64,000 nucleotides of DNA from NCBI RefSeq assembly GCF_048593235.1, contig NC_133617.1, positions 31,333,767 to 31,397,766 on the forward strand, written 5' to 3'. Within the stretch, counting starts at the first letter, position 1. Each line of letters begins with the position of its first letter. The DNA comes from Sminthopsis crassicaudata (taxonomy: Eukaryota). Below the pieces are notes generated by a model. The model was given only the letters and a program-made list of their open reading frames with translations. It was not told the DNA's origin and did no database searches. Positions 60,285-64,000 of this stretch are shown here, in pieces. The position numbers were made by a program, and so were the translations under genes.

Positions 60285-60414
60285 GGGGGCAGCTAGGTGG
60301 CACCAGCCCTGAATTCAGGAGGATCTGAGTTCAAATCTGGTCTCAGACATTTAGCACTTCCTAGCTGTGTGACCCTGGGCAAGTCACTTCACTCCAGCCT
60401 CAAAAAGAAGCAAA
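60285..60414 (+). mobile_element. WSINE1-like SINE with 14-nt head deletion
   Basis: Perfect 15-bp TSD AAATTGCACTCATGG at 60270-60284 and 60415-60429. Confidence 0.9.
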
Positions 60415-62348
60415 AAATTGCACTCATGGACCTGGGGAGGCAGAAAATGAGAATGGGGAACTCCCTAAAGGTTTGCCATTTTTTTCTCCAAATGATTTTA
60501 CTGATGAGGAAGCCAGATTCACTCGGGTCACCCAAACAGTGTCTGAGGCTGAATTTGAATTCAAGTCTTTCTACTTCAGGTTTGGTGCTCTGTCCACTGC
60601 TCCATATCCTTACATGATGATATCCTTGTGTTTTGTGTCACTCAGATTTTTTCAATACCCAAGCACATTTTACCTAAAATATTTTATCCGATACATTTCA
60701 ATGATCTATAGTCTCGCCAGTTCAGGCACTTCTTCCTCTGATGTCAAAAACAGCCATTCTGTGATTTGATAATTAAGAATTTTTTTTTTCTTTTTGTCTC
60801 AAATTTCTCAAAATTTCTTTTGAGAATTGTTGGGGGGAAAAAAGAAAGAAGGAAAAGAAAATACCACTGAGCTGCCACTCCAGTGTCGAGCTTTGGCCAG
60901 GGTAGGAGCCCTGACAGCGAGAGACCGTTTCCAGGACTGTAATCAGAATCACCCCAGCATGGCAAGAACCTGCCAGAGCTCGAGGTCCCCTGCCGGGCAC
61001 TTCCCAGAACCTTGGAGGTCAGTGAGTCCATTTCCTCATTTTCCAGATGAAGTAGTGAGGCCGAAGGAGGTTAAACCCAATGCTCATGGCCACAAGCTAG
61101 CAAGTGGCCAAGGCAGGTTCAAACCTCAGTATGAGTCCCAGTAGGCATCAAAGGATGTAATCAATGAGGTACTGATTTTTTTCATGATGACTCATGTTCT
61201 AGATTTTTTTTTCTTATTCAAAAATCTGTAGATGTCAAACTAGCTTTAAAAAAAAATACAATCCTCTGTGACTTTATCCCAAGATAATATAATGGCCGGT
61301 CTGTGTCAAGTTTGTGTCATAGACCCTTTCGGCAGTGTAATGAAAACGCTTCAGAATAATTATTTTAAATGCATAAAATACACAATAACACTAAAACAGA
61401 AGTTTACAGAGTCCAGATTAATAACCTCCTGGTCTGTTGGATTCAAAGGTTACAGATGATGACATTTCATTTTTAAGTGTGTATGGAACGCTTTTTTGTC
61501 ATGTATGAATATGAAACGTTTCATACCCGTCGCACATTTCCACATAAACAGTGAAAAACGCATGCGGGGGGGGGGGGGGGGGGTGAGGGGGTGGTCAGGC
61601 TCTTGTGGTTGAGGACTCATCAGGAAAGTGACGCGGACGGGATGAATTATGGGATGGCTGAGGGGCTCCCTCCCTCTCTTCCAAACCTCATTCCCTCGGG
61701 GCCTAACTCCATCTACCAGAGCGCTTGGGCTCGACCTCTTATTTGCCCGACACCCCATTTTGTACTTTACCCATTTGTCCATCCTTTTTAAGATGAAAAA
61801 CGCAAGTTTTGGGAAAATGAACGCACATACACACAAAGTATCAGGTGACTGAAGACAGCAACCGTCTGGGACTAGGTTTTAGGCCTGACGGGGGCTTCAG
61901 AAGTTACTAAGTTTAACCCCCATCATTTTTAAGATGAAAAAAGCCCACGATTCTCAGGAAAATTAAGGGTCTCGTCCAGCCATAGCGGTCGTTTTTGTCC
62001 TTCAGCCCAGCACCCAACACAAGCCCTTGCTTACAAGCGCTGCCCACACGCCGGACGAAGTTGCCTGACCCGGGCAGGGGCGGGGAGCCTGGCGACTCTA
62101 AAGGAGCCCACGTTTCTTCCTCCCTGGAGTCCCACCAAGCGTGGCCCGGCCTCTTTTTTTTTTTCCCTTCTTCTTTAAAATTTTTTTATTTTTTCTTAGC
62201 CTCTTTTTAAAAATCCATTTTTATTACAAAATTTTTCATATATTGTATTTCCTAAACCACTAAGAAACGAAGCCCCACGGACAAAATAACTTGGATTCTC
62301 CAACGATGGTTTTCTTTTCATTTCACAACAGAAAAAGCTGAGGTCCGT

Positions 62349-62474
62349 GGGACAGCTAGGGGGAGCACCAGCCCTGAAGGGAGGAGGGCCTGAGCCCAAT
62401 GTGCGTGACCCTGGCCAAGGTGCGTGACCCTGGCCAAGTCGCCCAGCCCCAATTGCTTCAGAAAAAACCCCCAA
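62349..62474 (+). mobile_element. Rearranged WSINE1-like SINE upstream of ARPC3
   Basis: Head deletion, internal 19-bp tandem duplication, TSD-like aaaa(g/a)ctgaggt(c/t)c at 62333-62346 and 62475-62488. Confidence 0.75.
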
Positions 62475-62549
62475 AAAAACTGAGGTTCAGGGGGACTTTT
62501 ACTCAGGGTCATTCCCCAGAGGGATGATTTGAACCCAGAAGTTTCTTTT

Positions 62550-64000
62550 CGCAGGGCAAGCACTCCGCAAGGCCGATTGATATAAAAAGGATGCGACTAT
62601 CGCCCTGCCACGCCCACGACTTTGCAATGCGCAGCCTCAGAAGACACTGTAACCGGCGCTGAGCCTTAGAGCTGCACCGCAGCCGGCCAGCTCTCGTGGA
62701 GTCCTCTACGCATGCGCAAGAGTAAGAGAGTCCGGCATCGCGGCCCTGACTCTCTGGCTCCCTCTAGTGTTCCCAGCTCCAACACCGGAAGCTCGACCTC
62801 CTCCCGCCCCCGCCTCTTCCGGATTGCTTCCGGTTAGACCCCACCCGGCCGCCAAACCGGAAGTGCCGGGGTCTCTGACAGGAGCCAGTCCCTTCTGCTC
62901 GCCAGTAGCCCAGGCCCGGCCGCCAAGATGCCGGTGAGGCGCGGGGAAGGGTCGATGAGAGTCCCGGGGCGGAAGGGGAGCGACCCGGGGAGTGCGAGGG
63001 GGCCGGTGGAGGAGTCCGGGGTGGCACGGCCGGATGGGGGAGGAGGTGGCCGGAGGCGGAGGACCCGGACCCCTGTCGGTGTGGTCTGGAGGGGAGGCCC
63101 TGGGAGAGGGAGCCGCGGCCCCGTCCTCTTAGGGTGGCGGATGCGGGGCCGGCTCGGCCAGCTTATTTAACATTCGGGGAAACGGAAGCCTCCGAGGGTA
63201 GAGGTCGACTGTTTCCTTCCAGGACAGTGGTTGAAATGGACGCCCAGAAGCCTCAGTCCCCGCTCTCCCCTTTGACAGGTGGGGAAGCTGAGGCCCAGCG
63301 TGGGGCGGTGGTGCTGGGCCTGGAGCCCGGAGACCCCTAGTCCAGCCATAGCAGAAAGGGGGGGGGTCCCCCGCACAGAGCAGGGCTTAGAGAGCCCTGA
63401 GATCTGGGGGCATTCGGGGAAACCGAGGCAGAGGTTTCATTTTGGGTACTCCCATCCTGGAGGAAGCAATGGAGACCGCGGGGGGGGGGGGGGGCAGAGG
63501 AGGGGCTTCCCCCTCCCTGAGCGGAGACCCTCAGCCAGCTGTTACCATCACACCTGGCAGCTAAATAACTTCCCTGGAGCCGTGCAGATCCGGCCCCAGG
63601 CGCCCCCCCCCTCCCCGGGGAGCCTTGTCTCTTGTGTCAGATTTCCTCTTCTGCTCCTTCCCCTCCCGGAGCCCAGCCCCCTTTCACTCCGAGGCTCAGG
63701 GGTGGGGGGGGGCGACACCCCCTGGTTTTGTAGAGACTGAAGGTTTCCCTGTGCTGCCGCTGGGGTCACACACGGCCGGAGAAGCCTAACCAGAGAGGTG
63801 CACTTACATGACAGGCCCGAGTCAGGTGATGAGTCCGGCCCTTTAGCCCAAATCCCGGGGAACCTATTTTACAGACGGTGCCCAGAGGCCCCAGGGACTG
63901 GGCCGATACCAGGGAGACCGATTGGTAATCCTCCTTCCGGGGCTTTTGGGTTCCATGATCACTGACACTTCTTCCCAGGCCTGATCCAGGAAGTATCAGC
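62550..64000 (+). promoter_or_regulatory. ARPC3 CpG-island promoter
   Basis: NRF1-like ACGCATGCGCA 62708-62718; four ETS/GABP cores (62785-62791, 62816-62822, 62827-62833, ACCGGAAGTG 62856-62865); GC box 62803-62811. Confidence 0.85.
62928..62933 (+). CDS. ARPC3: ARPC3 coding exon 1 (Arp2/3 complex subunit 3); rest of gene beyond right edge
   Basis: gccaagATGCCG|gtgagg: Kozak context, MP, donor. ARPC3 begins MPAYH with a 6-nt first coding exon and follows GPN3 in human synteny. Only two codons are visible, so identity rests on synteny. Confidence 0.8.

Noticed and set aside
62921-62933. YY1-like motif over the ARPC3 start (CAAGATGCCG)
   Set aside because: The ATGG core is broken (ATGC); the match is explained by Kozak context plus Met-Pro codons.

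Overview
This is a mammalian, intron-rich window, not a prokaryotic one. The repeat content (WSINE1-like CORE-SINEs, an OC1-type hAT MITE, marsupial L1/L2/MIR) points to a marsupial, most likely a dasyurid such as the Tasmanian devil or a relative (inference). It holds five genes in the order I recall for human 12q24.11. (1) RAD9B, minus strand, exons 1-4, continuing off the left edge: 9230-9197, 5734-5664, 4231-4082, 460-346. (2) VPS29, plus strand, complete, 182 aa: 9560-9562, 15776-15967, 18902-19137, 20416-20533, plus an optional 12-nt AGHR microexon at 13330-13341. (3) FAM216A, minus strand, complete, 251 aa, 7 exons from 39568 to 21854. (4) GPN3, plus strand, complete, 284 aa, 8 exons from 40465 to 56841. 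(5) The first coding exon of ARPC3 (62928-62933). RAD9B/VPS29 and FAM216A/GPN3 are head-to-head pairs on CpG-island promoters; VPS29/FAM216A are tail-to-tail. All exon phases close by hand count. I found no evidence of a wholly new multi-gene system, CRISPR array, tRNA or rRNA. The most interesting signals are: a candidate antisense upstream first exon of GPN3 that would delete its Walker A motif; two GC-AG introns in neighbouring genes with an identical 12-nt junction; a VPS29 microexon with a dense set of splicing motifs; a horizontally transferred OC1-type MITE; two minisatellites born inside L2 elements (one with higher-order structure); and a sharp GC3 drop inside GPN3. A 135-nt N gap lies in a VPS29 intron. 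Repeat family names come from remembered consensus sequences, not from a database search.
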